In this document: positions 28,421-46,625 of the stretch, piece after piece
How positions within the stretch are numbered: position 1 is the stretch's first letter
Layout of the letters: each line of letters begins with the position of its first letter
NCBI RefSeq assembly: GCF_009914755.1
Contig: NC_060932.1
Strand: one strand, 5' to 3'
From: the human T2T-CHM13v2.0 reference genome, Homo sapiens
Length of the DNA stretch: 64,000 nt
Notes under the pieces: generated by a model
Databases searched by the model: none
Seen by the model: only the letters and a program-made list of their open reading frames with translations
What the model was told of the DNA's origin: nothing
Made by a program: the position numbers and the translations under genes

Positions 28421-29385
28421 CAGTCCACATCCTGGTTCTTTAGTGCTGTTTCCAGCGAGGACCTGTAGTGAGCAACCACTTGTGTTACCAATATCCTCAA
28501 ACCCCATGCCCAGAAATTTTTTTTTTTTTTTTTTTTTTTGAGACGGAGTCTCCCACTCTCGCCTGGCTGGAGTGCAGTGGTGCAATCTTGGCTCATTACA
28601 ACCGTCGCCTCCTGGGTTCAAGCGATTCTCTGCCTCAGCTTCCTGAGTAGCTGAGACTACAGGCGTGTGCCACCACACCTGGCTAATTTTTGTAATTTTA
28701 GTAGAAACAGCGTTTCACCATGTTGCCCAGGCTGGTCTGGAACCCCTGAGCTCAGGCAATCCACCCTCCTTGGCCTCCTAAAGTGCTGAGATTACAGGCA
28801 TGAGCCACCGCGCCCAGCCGAAATCAGCATTTTAATAGCCAGACTCACTCCCACTTCCCCACCCGGAAGTCTACTGCAGGTGTTCTGGGACCATGTATCA
28901 TGAAATATGGATTTAGGTATATTGCTAATTTTAAGTGTAATTAGGCTGTTTTTAGTAAGTGGGTAAACTTTAGCACCTTTCCAAAGTGGTGGCTGGTGTG
29001 GCTAATTACAGAAAGTGGCAAGAGAGGTCAGGAACTGTATCTCAGCCCATTCATGTTTGGTTGTAAAATGTGCTAATACTCTTGATTTAGGCATCTGGTC
29101 AGGTGGGGGAATATTGACTTTCTCCAATCTCTGGATTTTAAGAGCATCTTTTTAGGTCTGATCCTTATGACAGGGCTCAAGTTAGTGGCCCTCCCCAAAA
29201 AGGGTGATATTTAGGTTCTTGCATCTCCAATGCCAAACCCCAGTGGTCATGACATTGCATTGCAGAGGTTCCTATAATCTGACGGTTGTTGTATTTCTGG
29301 ATAAACCCTTTGTTAATGATCATCCGGCTTGTTCCTTATGCTTTTGAATATTGAGAGAACTTATATATTGCAAGGATTTTTGTTG

Positions 29386-29466
29386 TTGTTGTTATTTTGA
29401 GACAGAGTCTTGCTCTGTCGCTCAGGCTGGTGTGCACGATCTTGGCTCACTGCAGCCTCCGCCTCT
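29386..29466 (-). mobile_element. 5'-truncated Alu with TSD
   Basis: Flanked by tgcaRggatttttgtt direct repeats. Confidence 0.8.
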
Positions 29467-30206
29467 GCAGGGATTTTTGTTTCGAAACTTGGAACCCAAG
29501 ATGCACATCTTAAATATCTAAGGCAGCAGGCATTTTAAAGTAAACAAAGTCAAAAAAGTGTGGCTGAACTTGATTCTGTAATTACCTCATTGCGGGAACT
29601 AATAATTCCTGTCAGTTCTGAGCAATATTAATCCTTACAGGAATTACACCAGAATAAAGTATATGTTTGGGCACTTCCCCAAGTATCGAAGGCACCGTCA
29701 GGAGTTGTTTTACATGATTGCCTCAGGGGAAACAAGAGATAGTTATGCTTTATATATTTTTAACAAGAACTGTCACTTAAATGAGATCCTTTTGCTTTCC
29801 TGTCTTCTGTCACTTAAATGATTTTTACACCTGTTAGACTTCTAGGCATCTTGGAAACTTTCAGAAACAAACGAATCAATTTTTTTCAATTTCTGTGGAG
29901 GACAATCCAGATATTTATCTATAGAAATGACCTGTGACCATCCCCTTTGACTTAGGAATTCGTCATCTAGGAATTTATCTTACAGATATATACTGCACGC
30001 ATATAAAATGGTGGATACACGAGGAAACTCATTGTAGCTGTGGGCATAACAACAGGAAGTTGGAAACCATCTGTAGGCTTATCAGCTGGGGGCTGATGAA
30101 ATGTTTATGTTTCTTAAGCTGAGTGATGGCTTAAAATTTTTTAAAAAATCTATCTATACATATAGATATATATATTTTTGAGACAGAGTCTCCCTCTGTC
30201 ACCTAG

Positions 30207-30365
<159 letters not shown>

Positions 30366-30511
30366 TGACGAGGCTGGTCTGAAACTCCTGACTTCAAGTG
30401 ATCCGCCTGCCTCGGCCTCCCAAAGTGCTAGGATTACAGGCATAAGCCACTGCACCCAGCCAAAATTAAAAAAAAAATCTTAAACATGATATAAATATTC
30501 TTTTGTATGTA

Positions 30512-30556
30512 TTAGTTGGTGCAAAAGTAATTGCAGTTTTTGCCTTTACTTTCAAA
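30512..30556. mobile_element. Partial MADE1 (Hsmar1 MITE)
   Basis: ttagttggtgcaaaagtaattgcagtttttgcc matches one TIR; most of the second arm is deleted. Confidence 0.75.
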
Positions 30557-30927
30557 TTAAACCTATATTAAATATGTAATAAACCTATATTATATATGTA
30601 ATACAATTAAATTTAAAGAGCAAGTGGAAATCTGTACTAAAAGATAAAAACGTGTATTTGCTTATATTTGTACAGAATATCTATAGGAATATCCAGTATC
30701 CAGTACCAAATTGGTAATATTGGTTGCTTCTGAGAAGAGAACTGGGTGGCTAGGGTCACGGGAGGGAGGGAAACTTCATTGTGTACCCTTTTGTGTTTTT
30801 AAGTGTTGTAAGCCCTGTGAATATATTACTTATTAAGGGTAGAATTGACTGGGCGCAGTGGCTCACGCCTGTAATCCCAGCACTTTGGGAGGCCGAGGCG
30901 GATGGATCACCTGAGGTCAGGAGTTCA

Positions 30928-31487
<560 letters not shown>

Positions 31488-31638
31488 TGATTGGGCTGCT
31501 GTGAGTGAAAGTGAGACCTTGAAATTGTGAGTCTAGGTGAAACCATTAAACAGCTAAGTAGCTGTCTGTGTGCTGGTCAGGGGTGTGTTTCTGTGGCATA
31601 TATGGCATTAAGCTGCGATCTGGGTACAGAAATGCTCA

Positions 31639-32234
<596 letters not shown>

Positions 32235-32351
32235 TCAGGAGGTGGGAGGATCTGTTTGAGCCCAGGACGTCGAGGCTGCAGTGAGCCGTGATTATGCCAC
32301 TGCACTCCAGCCTAGGTGACAGAGTGAGATCCTGTCTCAAAAAAAAAAAAA

Positions 32352-32890
32352 GATGTAGATGAACAGCCAGATGAAGAGATCAGGTGTGGAAGGGTCCTGA
32401 GTGCAGGAGCTTCTGTCCCCATGGAGTTGGGGTGCACCACCCTCCCAGCACATGGACGTGTTCTGCTATCCGGAAGCTCTCTGAACCCCATAGTTCAGTA
32501 CTTCGGCTTCATCAGGTAGGCATGATGGAAGATTAATTCAGTCTCTAGCCCTTCCCCATCTCTAAAGAATGGAGGATGGGGCTGAAAGCTCCAAGCTTCT
32601 AATCATTGCTTAGTCTTTCCAGTGAGCAGCCCCTGTCCAGGAGCTCACCAAGAGTCCCCTTATTAGAAAAAAAGATGTTCCTCAGAAAAATTCCAAGGGA
32701 TTCAGGAACTCTAAGTCAGGTGTTCCTATTACTCAGGAAATCAAAGGTTTAAGAGCTCTGTCTCAGGTACCTGGGGCAGAGACCCAATAATTCCAACAAA
32801 AGTTTCTCCTAGAACCCCTATTGCTCAGGAAATCACAAGGGTTTTCGAAGCTCTGTGCCAGGAACTTGGGGTGGAGACCAATATACATCA
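32352..32890. mobile_element. MER21-family LTR
   Basis: gatgaacagccagatgaagagat...caggagcttctgtccccatggagttggggtgcaccacc, with repeated actcaggaaat...aagggttt..gagctctgtg units. Confidence 0.75.
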
Positions 32891-34039
32891 TTCTTTTTTT
32901 TTTTTTTTTTTTTTGAGATGGAGTTTCACTCATTGCCCAGGCTGGAGTGCAATGGCACGATCTCAGCTCACCGCAACCTCCGCCTCCTGGTTCAAGCGAT
33001 TCTCCTGCCTCAGCCTCCCAAGTAGCTGGGATTACAGGAATGCGCCACCATGCCTGGGTAATTTTGTATTTTTAGTGGAGACGGGGTTTCTCCATGTTGA
33101 TCAGTCTGGTCTCGAACTCCCAACCTCAGGTAATCCGCCTGCCTCGGCCCCCCAAAGGGCTGGGATTACAGGCATGAGCCACTGCGCCCAGCCCAATGTA
33201 CGTGATTTTTATTTCACAGCAGATATCTCTTGATTTCTTTAAAAAAAAAATCTTAAATAGTACCTTGAGAGAACCCCTAATGACAGATAATATGTATGGA
33301 GTACTCATTTTGTGCCAGGCACTGCTCAAAACTACTTATTGGACATGAAATTATTAGTCCTTACAATAACCTTATGAAGTAGGAATGATTATTATCCTTA
33401 TTTTTCAGATGAAGAAATGGGAGTGGGCAACTTGCCCAAAGTAGCACAGTTAATATGTAAAGGAATGTGATTTGAACCTGGGCCTGACTCCAGAATCACT
33501 ACACCATAAAGTGGAGATTCAGTCACACTGGAATAAATCCAAAGGCAAAATGAGGGCATTGCTTCTTGTGCTGGTCTTGGGTCTAAGGAGGGGCATATTG
33601 CAGAGGTGAGAGCCAAGGGGAAAAGATGGAGTGGGCTGTCTGTGGCACACGGGATGTCTTTACTACTGGACAGCCTTGAACCACAAGATGTGATGTAGGG
33701 CTGAATCTTGTCGGAAAAAAGCGGTCAGGGTAAGCTCTTCAACATCAGATGTGAGAAGACCAGCGTTTTGCAGTGTCCTTTGGCTGTGGTGGACAGGTTT
33801 GGGCTGGCAGAAGGGTCAGTGGAGACCAGCTGGGGGAGACCTGCATGCAGTGGCAGGGGGTTGGGAGTGAAATGAGGGAAGAATGGACTTGGTAGGTTTG
33901 GTTTGACGACGTAGTGGAGTTTGTATTGGCTGAAGGTTGCAAAGGAAGCAAGGAGAGAATAATAACATGCGCCAGCATCCAGAGATGAGTTGAGGAGGCG
34001 TGCCGTCTGACTTCTACATTCAGGCACATTTCACACTTC

Positions 34040-34535
34040 TGTCAGGTACTCTGCTCTGAGCTTTTGGAATCTTTCTTTCATGTATTCCTCCATACAGTGT
34101 TTGCAGGTGGTGTATGGATGCTGTCAATCCCTGCTTTCCATAGGCACCCTCCTTACTATTCCTTGCCTAAGTGACCTAACACACTTGGTCCTGGCTTGGG
34201 CAGGCGGGAAGCATGGAGTTAATACATTCTGGAGCAGCCTTCAGCCCTGATGGGTGGGAGTAGGTGGATAAGTGGCTTAGCTTTCTTGCTCCTTGGAGGG
34301 TACAACTCTGGGCTAGACGCTGCACCATCTCCCAGGGTCCCCAGCAGCCTTGGTCCCCAGCTGCCCACAACAGCCTATCCTCTTGGCACCTGCTCAGTGA
34401 CCTGGCTGGCTTCCTTGTTCCTTGACTCACGTCCCCACTCCCTACTGGTGTTTCCTAGGATCACCTACCAAATAAACAACTTCTACCGAATTTCCTGTCT
34501 CAAGGCATGCATTGGGGAAACTCAACCCAATGCAG
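34040..34535 (+). mobile_element. LTR16-like (ERVL) LTR
   Basis: 3' end ...ggatcacctaccaaataaacaactt...tgtctcaaggcatgcattggggaaactcaaccc. Confidence 0.55.
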
Positions 34536-35148
34536 TTTCCAGATGATAATATCTACACCCCGAGAGGTTATTTCACTTGCTCAAGCTCACATATCCAGTA
34601 TGTAACAAATCTAGGACTTTAGCCCAGCTTTCCTTAGCCCCAGCCTGGTGTTGTCTTCTGCTCTACCATGCTTAGTATCTGCTATAATGACACCCTAGGT
34701 CCTTTCACATGTTGGGCTTTCCTGCAGGAGTCTGGCCTATTAGACCATAAACTCATAAAAAGCAGAACTATGACCTTGATAACTTTGTATATTCAAGAAC
34801 AGCAGGAACTGTGTCTTTCAGCGAGTAGATGCTTAATAAGGATTTATTGAAAGGAAAGGAGATAGAGCAAGAGGAAGTATGTGAGGGGAAGAGGAGATGG
34901 GAGCATGAAATTGGGGCAGAGGAGAGAGACTCTTGTGCTCCTTCTTGACATGGGGCACAAGAGTGACTTGCTTTGGAGGAGGCTATGGCTAGAGTGTCAC
35001 AGGCAAAAGCCCAGGAGGCCCACGGGTGAGCAGAAAATTACAGAACTTAAAAAATCATTTTTCTTGGAAATAATGTGTGAGACAGGGAAATCTAGTGAAA
35101 AAATATTTTTCAGTGCATGTATCCCTAAAAGGGAGGTTTTCTTTTTAA

Positions 35149-35325
<177 letters not shown>

Positions 35326-36913
35326 TAGAAAGGGTTTCATCATGCTCTCCAGGTTGGTCTTGAACTCCTGACCTCTTGTGATCTGCCTGCCTCAGCTTCC
35401 CAAAGTGTTGGGATTACAGGCATGAGCCACCGTGCTGGGCCTGTGTTTTGTTTTTAATATGAGATTAGTTATTATAACTTTGTAGAAAGAACATTGGGTG
35501 GATTTTCTCAGCAGAGTTAAGTCTACAACTCAGATACTCTAGGGCAGTAGTTTTTGAAGTACACAAGGCACTAGGACTTCTAAGGCACTCTCTTAGAAGC
35601 CTCCTCAAAAAGAAGGAGATGATAATAATTGATTACTACTTATTGAATTCTAATTAGACCATGTGCCAAGCCCCATGCTAAGTCTTGGTCTGTGTTATCT
35701 CATTTAATCCTCTTTGATATGAGTCCTGTTATCATTCCCACTTCACAGATTACGAAGCGGACACTCAAAGAGGTCCCCCAGCTAGTAAGTGGCCAAAGTG
35801 GGATTCATTTGACTGTTTGACTCCAGAGCTCATGCATTCCTGGGCATGGCTACAGGTACCCTTCTCTTCACTCCTTCCCCAAGCATGCCCCCAATTCACC
35901 AGAATTGAAACTCAAGATTTTGACACCATAGAGAGCAAACTGGGGAACAGGAACTACACTGTTGGTTAGGACTTGGGAGAAGATAAATTAAAAAGTCTGA
36001 CACTTTGATCACGTTCTGTAAAAGTCTTGGGGCTTTGCTTTCCCACTGTGAAGGGCATTTTGAAATACATCTTAATGAATGCATTCTGCTCTCTTGGTAC
36101 ACCAGGGGGAGCATTTAGTACAGGAATGGGAATACGGTGGCTCCAGGAAGTGACTATTCCTGCTCTTTGTAGGGAAGAACACTTTTTCTTTCTCTCTTTC
36201 TCACTGAAAAACACATTTTTCTGTTTGAACAGTTTGAAAGCAAGTTGCAGATATCATGAGACTTCACCTATAAATACTTCAGAAGGATTTCCTAAGAAAG
36301 ATATTCTTCTGCTTTATGATGATATTATTATCACGTCTAAGAAACTTAACATTGATGCAACAATGATGTCTAATATGTGGTCTGTATTCAAACTTCTCCA
36401 GATATCCCCAAGATGTTCTTTATTGCTTTTTTTGGTTTCAATCCAAAATAAATTTTGTGTTCTCTTAATATTAGATCACAGTTATTCTTCTGGAATATTT
36501 TGCTGTGAAATGCTTATACTTTTTACCGTCTATTGAATAACTCATAAAGTTGATTTGCCATGCTTTATTAAGTTTCTCTTTGATTGATATTGTTTATTCC
36601 TATTATAAGTATACCATGATGTTAAGTGGGACTTCCCATTTCTCAGTTTTGACTCAGGCACCAATTAAATAGATATCAGAATCCAAAGTGAGTGTGAGAT
36701 TGACGTGGTATACAGAATTCATCAAGTGTCACAGGTTAGGTTCCTCGTAAAAGGCTCTTGATGGACATTTGTATGGAGGCAGTTTATTGGGGGAGTGTTT
36801 GGGGCTCAGCAGCTAAGGGGGAAGAAAGGAAGCAGGATGAGACACAGGGAGGTGTTGAACTGTGATGCAATCCCTACTCAGCCAATCCCCAGAGACCTCT
36901 AGAGCTGGGATGG

Positions 36914-37274
36914 TGATATTTGGTTGTGTCCCCACCCAAATCTCATCTTGAATTGTAGCTGCCATAATTCCTACCTGTCGTGGGAGGGACCTGGTGGGAG
37001 GTAATTGAATCATGGGGGCATGTCTTTCCTGTGCTGTTCTCATGATAGTGAATACATCTCACGAGATCTGATGGTTTTATAAAGGGGACTCCCCCGCACA
37101 TGCTGTCTTGCCTGCCGCCATGTTAAGACGTGACTTTGCTTTTCCTTCACCTTCCACCATGATTGTGAGGCCTCCCTAGCCATGTGGAACTGTGAATCCA
37201 TTAAACCTCTTTCCTTTATAAATTATCCTGTCTCAGGTATGTGTTTATTAGCAGTGTGAGAACAGACTAATAGA
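36914..37274 (+). mobile_element. THE1 (MaLR) solo LTR nested in an older LTR
   Basis: tgatatttggttgtgtccccacccaaatctcatcttgaattgtagc ... agaacagactaata; 5-bp TSD gatgg at 36909-36913 and 37275-37279. Confidence 0.9.
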
Positions 37275-38001
37275 GATGGTCTTGCAGAGTTGTTCCCTTC
37301 TGGAGCAAGGAGGCTGGGTCTTTATACCCCTAAAGGGACCAGTCAATGGATGCAGGTTGCCCCTGGGACAGAGATGTGATCACGGTAACTCCCTTCAGCT
37401 TAGAGCAATTTTCAGAGAGACTTGGAATAGAAATGAGGGCCTGAAGGGGATATTTGGGCAGGGACCACAGCATCCATAACAGCAGGGAAATGCTCGTGAA
37501 CATGTTGCCTAACCCTGGATGCCCTCAGACTGAATACACGAGAGGTCAGAGTGGCAGCGGCATGAGGAGGAGGAAGGGTAGAGAGACGCCACTGGAGAGA
37601 GCATTGCCAGGCTGTGCCTCCACTCTCCCTCCCCAGGGGTAAGGGCCAGGAGTGCTACCACCTTCACCTCAAGGGTACGATGGGGGCTCTGATAGGACCA
37701 CATATTTAACTTACATATTTCCTATGGTTGAGAAATATGTAACTGGCTAGAGTGGCCTGTGGCAGCAGGACACAGAGGGCTGGGTTTGGTCCTGTGTTCC
37801 CAGGGTTTGTTGGGGCAAGAGATGAGAGAGTGTTTCCTGGGACTTAAATGTGGGCCCTTGGCTGGGCACTGTGGCTCACGCCTGTAATCTCAGCACTTTG
37901 GGAGGCGGATCACTTGAGGTCAGGAGTTCGAGACCAGCCTGGCCAACATAGTGAAACCCTGTCTCTACTAAAAATATAAAAATTAGCTGGGTGTGGTATC
38001 A

Positions 38002-38196
<195 letters not shown>

Positions 38197-38664
38197 TTAT
38201 TTTGAACGAATTTAAGACTCAGAAGAAATTGCAAAAATAAAAGGGAGTTCCATGTACCCTTCATCTGGCTTTCCCCATTGATAATGTAGAACCACCGTAC
38301 ATTTTCAAAACTAGGAAATTGACATTGACATTGACACAATACTGTGAACTAAACTATAGACCTTGATTTTCATGAATTTTGACATGCTCTTGTGTGTGCA
38401 TGTGTATAAACAGTACTGTGAAATCTTGTCACACATATAGATATGTGTAATCACTACCAAAACAAGGACACCGTCACCAGCTTCCGTCACTGCAGAGAAA
38501 CTCCCTCATACTAAAGCTTTGTAGTCAGGCCCTCCTGCCAACCCTAACCCCTGGCGACCACTCATCTGTTCTCTATCACCAGAATTTTGTCATTTTAAGA
38601 GTGTTCTGTAAATGGAATTGTATAGTACGTACCCTTTTGAGATTGCTTTTTTCACTCAGCATAA

Positions 38665-38958
<294 letters not shown>

Positions 38959-40770
38959 TGAGCCACTGCACCCAGCCAGCATGACATCTTTGAGTTCCAT
39001 CCATATTGTTGCCTGTGTCAGTAGTTCATTCTTTCTCTATAACTTAGAGTTGTATTCTGTTGTATACCCATTCACAGTTTGTCATTCTGCATGAAAGTCA
39101 TTTTAAATCCTGTCCAAGAGGACCCTCTGGGAGGGTGAGAGGAAGCCAAAGAGTGAAGTCTGAGTGGACGGGATTGCCAGAGAACCAGGGGCTGAGGGCA
39201 ATAGCAGCTGGAATGGAATGCTTCTCCCTTGTTCTGAGAATTACAACTGGAGAGGTTCCCAGAGATGGGAATCACCAAAGATCCCAAGAAAAGTGCCCCA
39301 AGTGAGAGGCAGCTTTATATAGCTGCAAAGCCCAGTGAGCAGGAAGTCAGCTTACAACTGTGCCACTCAGAAGCCAATTAAAGTAGCTCCAGACATAACC
39401 ACTTACCTCTTTGCCGTCTGTCCATTTGGGCATGGGATCCAAGCCAGTAGCTAGTGAGTGGAGGAGGATTATGGCGCATGGTGCAAGACAGAAGAAAATG
39501 ACTACTTTCCCCTCACCTCCCTGGGAACTGCCAGCTCTCGCAAAGAAGGGGAAGAAATCTTTTGAGTGAAAATGGAATTGTTGATGAATAGAATGAACTG
39601 ACTCACTGAATTACTCTAGTAAGACCATGTTTGTGACTTGATGTGACCATCAGACTGTCATTACTTGAAAGTGACACAGCAGGCAGGAGCCTGCAATTGT
39701 TTTCATCTGGAGTGAGGACAAGATTCTTTTCTCCTGCTGCCCCTCCTCCCTTTTCCCCCCTGGCAAACTGTATACATGGATGTGCAAATATCTCTTTGAG
39801 ATCTTGTTTTCAGTTCTTTTGGATATATACCAAGGAATGGGATTGCTGGTCATATAATTGCTGGTAATTCTAGTTTTAATTTTTTGAGGAACCTCCATTC
39901 TGTTTTCCATGGGCGATACCATTTTACAGTAAAGGGATGATGGAAGAAAAACAATAAAGTGGCATTTTGATTATGTTACCCTATCAGTTACATAAATAAC
40001 TTGGAAATAAACATCTTCTATATATAAGTTCTTTTTTTAATAGTATAATTTTCCTTAGAGCAAATTCCTGAGCATGGTATTAATAGGTCAAAGGACCAGG
40101 AAATGTTTGTGGTTCTTGAAACATATTCCAAATTGCTTTTCTTTCTTTCTTTTTCCTTTTTTTTTTTTCTCAGTCTGTTGTCCAGGCTGGAGTGCAGTTG
40201 CGTGATCCCGGCTCACTGCAAGCTCCGCCTCCTGGGTTCAAGTGATCCTCAGCCTCCCTCAGCTGGAACTACAGGCATGCACCACCATGCCCGGCTAATT
40301 TTTGTATTTTTAGTGAGATGGGGTTCCGCCATGTTGGTGAAGCTAGTGTTGAACTCCTGGCCTCAAGTGATCGACCTGCCTTGGCCTCCTAAACTGCTGG
40401 GATTACAGGAATGAGCCACTGCGCCCGGCCGCCAAATTGCTTTTCTAAATGTTTGTGCCAACTTACATTCCCACCAGATATTGTATGAAGGTTTTATCAC
40501 ATATTCAATGGCATGAGATAGTGTTATGAGATTGTTAATGTAATGGGATTTAAGTACCATTTTGATGTTTGAAATAATTTTTAAAGTGTTTTCATAAAAT
40601 AATTCTTGCATTAAGTGTTTTATCAATGTCTTTAAGCTTGGCTTTAGTATCTTGAGTATAGAATGTAGCTGAGGGTCTGATTTCATAAATTAATTACTGG
40701 CCATTCATATCCAGGTTCCAGAGGGTTCCTTGGAGCAGTTAGAACCAGACCAAATCCTGTAGAATTGTGA

Positions 40771-41022
<252 letters not shown>

Positions 41023-41304
41023 TAGTAGAGACAGGGTTTGCCATGTTGGTCAGGCTGGTCTCGAACTCCTGACCTCAAGTGATCCACCCGCCTTCACCTC
41101 CCAAAGTGCTGGAGGTTCAGGATCTCTAAATGAGAGGTAAACAAACTGAAGCAGGAGGCCAGATCAAGGAGATGCCCACCATGATGTCAGGAGGTGAGTT
41201 GGGAAAGGGCCTCAGGAGATAGGGATTCTTGCGTGGCCCCCAAAGGGGGTAGTGGGGTAGGGAATAAGCTTCCTCCTACCCTAAGCACCAATAAATTCAA
41301 AACT

Positions 41305-42390
41305 TTATTTATGTATTTATCTATTTATGGTAAAAATATAACATAAAACTCACTATCTTAAAGTGTACAGTAGTGTTAAGTATATTTGCATCATCATGCC
41401 ACAGATCTCCAGAAGTTTTCATCTTGCAAATGGAAACTCTGTACTCATCAAACAACTCCCCATTTTCCTCTCTCCATATCCCCCCACTAACTGCCATTCT
41501 ACTTTCTGTTTCTATCAGTTTAACTACTTTAGATACCTCGTATACGTGGAATCATAAAGCATTTATCTGCATTATTTTACTTAGCTTAATGTCCTCCAGT
41601 TTCATTCATGTTATAGTGTATGATAGGATTTTCTTATTTTGAAGGACTGAATAATATTCCATTGTATGTATATATCACATTTGCTTTATCATTTTTTCCA
41701 TCACTGAACATTTAGGTTCCATCCACCTCTTGGCTATTGTGAATAATACTGCAAGCGACATAGATGTGCAAATATCTCTGTGAGATCTTGTTTTCAGTTC
41801 TTTTGGATATATATCAAGGAATGGGATTGCTGGTCATATAGTTGCTGGTAATTCTATTTTTAATTTTTTGAGGAACCTCCATTCTGTTTTCCATGGGCTC
41901 TACCATTTTACATTCCACAAACAGTGCACAAGTGTTTTAATTTCTTTATGTCTTTACCAGCAAGCACTTGTTATACAGTCTCCCTTCTTTCTTTTCATAG
42001 TGGGCATCCTAATGGGAGTGAGGTGATATCTCCTTGTGGTTTTCAGTTGCATTTTTCTGATGATTAGTAATGCGAACATCTTTTCATGTGCTTGTTGGCC
42101 ATTTGTATATCACTTTTGGAGACATGTCTGTTCAAGTACTTTGCCCGTTTTTTAATTGGGTTATTTGATTTTTGTTGTTGAGTTGAGGGAATTCTTTATA
42201 TATTCTAGATATTAGTCCCTTCTCAGATGTATTATATGAGCATATTTTCTTCAATTCCATAAGTTGCCTTTTCACTATATTGATTGTATCTTTTGGTGCA
42301 CAAAAGTTTTTAAGTTTGATATAATTCCATTTGTCTACTTTTGCTTTTTGTTGCCTATGCATTTAGTGTCATACCAAGAAATCATTGGAA
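41305..42390 (-). mobile_element. L1MA/MB 3' end (ORF2 C-terminal remnant + 3' UTR)
   Basis: ORF 42132-42362(-) [14 protein letters not shown]...GLISRIYKE resembles L1 ORF2; antisense 3' UTR motifs. Confidence 0.9.
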
Positions 42391-43005
42391 ATATGTTTTT
42401 TCATTTGTTTAAGCCTGTAGGAGGAAATACGGTTTGAGTGAACTTTAACATCTTGGAAAAGTAAGCCTTGGTCAAGCTTACAGACAAGAGACTAGGCTGG
42501 TTATTCATCCTGTGAAACAGCCCTACAAATTTACCTACACCATGGAATCCAAGATCCCACTGATAATGTGAACTTACTCCTTTTTGTTTGTCTTCTCCCT
42601 TCTAATGTTAATTTTTTTAACTGCAGGAAAAATAACAAAATAACAGAATTCTTCTTTTATAAGATAGATTTGGGAGCATGTACTGATCTTTTGAGTGAGG
42701 TGGAGAGGTCAAAATAAAAATACTAAAATGTGAATAAAACTTTGAGACTTAGATGGAGACCTAGTTAAACCTTTTCTTCAAATGCCATCAATGCCAAAGA
42801 GCAGCAGTTGTTTTACTAATTCATTCACCAAAAGTGATTATCAAACGTCTACTATGTTCTGGGCACTAACTAGCCAAGGCAATATAGGTGTGTATAAGAG
42901 GCAAGTCTCTGCTGTCTGTGAGTCTATGCAGAATCTCGTCTTCCGTTAGAAGCATCAACAAACATGTATTGCCTGCCCTCCCTCTGCTAGAAGTTTGGGG
43001 AGACA

Positions 43006-43372
43006 TGTTATGGACTAAATGTTTGTGTCCCCCAAAATGTACATGTTGAAGCCTTAACGCCCAATGTGATGGTATTTGGAAGTGAGGCTTTTGGGAGGTA
43101 ATTAGATATAAATGAGGTCATGAAGGTGTGGTCCCCATGATGGGATTAGTGGCCTTATAAGAAAAGAGACAAGAGAGGTTCTTCTCTTTTTCTGCCACAT
43201 GAGGACACAGTAAGAAGGCAGCTATCTACAAGCCAAGAAGAGGGTCCTCACTAGGAACTGAAGCCTGCTGGACCTTGATTTTGAAATTTCCAGGCTTCAG
43301 AGCTGGGATTCCTGTGTTTAAGCCACCACCCAGTCTATGGTATTTTGTATGGCAGCCGAAACAGACTAATAC
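43006..43372 (+). mobile_element. MLT1A-like MaLR LTR
   Basis: tgttatggactaaatgtttgtgtcccccaaaa ... cagactaataca. Confidence 0.8.
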
Positions 43373-43709
43373 AAGGCATAAGGGACAGTGAGATGCTGTT
43401 CATCCTCTCAAGGGTTCGTGAACTTGTTACCGTGGCCTCCGCAGTCCCTGTGTTCACTTATCTTTGCTAAGGGCAAATCACTGATGAGATGGACGCATTT
43501 TATAACTGGAGAATAAAAGGGATGAGGCCCTACAGGCTGAGGGTTACAACCAGGTGTCTGAAGGAGTCAGTGTCCCAAAGAGTGAGAATAGTGGAGTGTG
43601 TAAGTGGAGAATAACCAGGTAGGTGCTTAAAAGTGAACCTGTGTTGACTGTATTCACTTATTTCATAAGACAACTTTTGGAGGCCAGACACACCACCTTT
43701 AAAAAGTAA

Positions 43710-45060
<1,351 letters not shown>

Positions 45061-45384
45061 GTAATAATCATGCCTAGAGAACTTTTTTAGTTGAAGAGAT
45101 AGAAAGTTTAATTCAAATCTGTACCTGTTGCTTTGTACTGTTATTTGATAGGGGTCTTACCCCACTCCTATCCATCAAGGCTGGCAGAGGCTATTTTCCA
45201 GGATTTTAGGGTTGCTGGCAGCTGGGCAGTGACTCAGGAGAGTTGTGAGTGGGGACAGAAAGGAAGGAAGTATGCCAAACAGTGCTAAAAAATATCCAAA
45301 GCTAAGAAATGTGTAATTAGCCCTGACCTCCTTTGCCCTTCCTCCTTACTAAAGCAGAGTGGGTGAAATGGCTCATGGGTTATT

Positions 45385-45403
45385 AATTGCCCTCTGCTGG
45401 TCA
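45385..45403 (-). promoter_or_regulatory. Candidate CTCF site
   Basis: Reverse complement TGACCAGCAGAGGGCAATT fits the core CCASYAGRKGGCR; motif evidence only. Confidence 0.5.
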
Positions 45404-45429
45404 CTTTACAGGCATGGCTTCCCATTTGC

Positions 45430-45878
45430 TTACTTTATTTTCTAGGGATGTCAGCAAATTACCACAAACTTGATGACTTAAAGCAACAGTAATATATTGT
45501 CTCATAGTTCTGGAAGTTAGAAGTCTAAAATCAAGGTGTCACAGGGTCCATGCTCCATCTGAAGTTGTCCAGGGACTGAAGTGTCCAATCCTTCCTTGCC
45601 TATCCCTAGTTTCTGGTGGTTCCTGGCAATCCTGGTGTTCCTTGGCTTGCAGCTGGCTCCCCACAATATCTGCCTCCATTTTACATGGCCTTCCCTCTGT
45701 TTCTCTGTGTGCCCTCTCTTATAAAAACAGCAGTCATTGGATTTAAGGTCCACCATAATCCAGCATGACTTTATTTTAAGTTAATTACATTTGCAGAAAC
45801 CCTGTTTCCAAACATGTCACATTCTAAAGTTCTGGATAGACATGCATTTTGAGGGAGATGCTATTCAACCCCCTATAC
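45430..45878 (-). mobile_element. MLT1C/D LTR
   Basis: aaattaccacaaact...cttaaagcaacag...ctattcaaccc. Confidence 0.75.
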
Positions 45879-46388
45879 TAAAACTCTTTTTCTGTGGAAG
45901 AGAAAGAGGCAGGGAGAGTAACTTGTCCAGATCACTGTTAAGTGGTTGAGCTGAGCTTTCATGTGTACTCATTAGCCAAAGTGTCTTCCTTCTTCCCCTC
46001 TGCCCTCTTCCCTCTTTCCTTTCATCGCCTATTTTCTTATCCAAGGATGCCCTGGATATTAGTTTACCTTCATTTGAATGGAGAAAAATGCCCATTGTTA
46101 ACTGTTAACTGTTGGGGTGAGGGGATGGGAAGGTGTTCAGTGGAAGGTCTCTCAATCTCCTTGAGAGTTAGTTTACTTTTTTTGCAAAAATGGAGAAAAT
46201 GAAACTTGTCTCATTTGGTGGTTGCATGTATTATTAAATCACATACAACCGATCACAAAATCAATGTGTAAGAAAGTGTCTGGGAAAATCTTCCAAGGCA
46301 TACAGCCCTGAGGGACTTTTGTAGAAAATCATTTAGAAAGTAAGGCATCCATTACTCACCTAGGGTATTAATTAATTTGTATTCTTGA

Positions 46389-46625
<237 letters not shown>

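Noticed and set aside
36027-36536. 169-aa ORF
   Set aside because: Runs through antisense old L1-like AT-rich sequence; no recognisable protein or exon structure.
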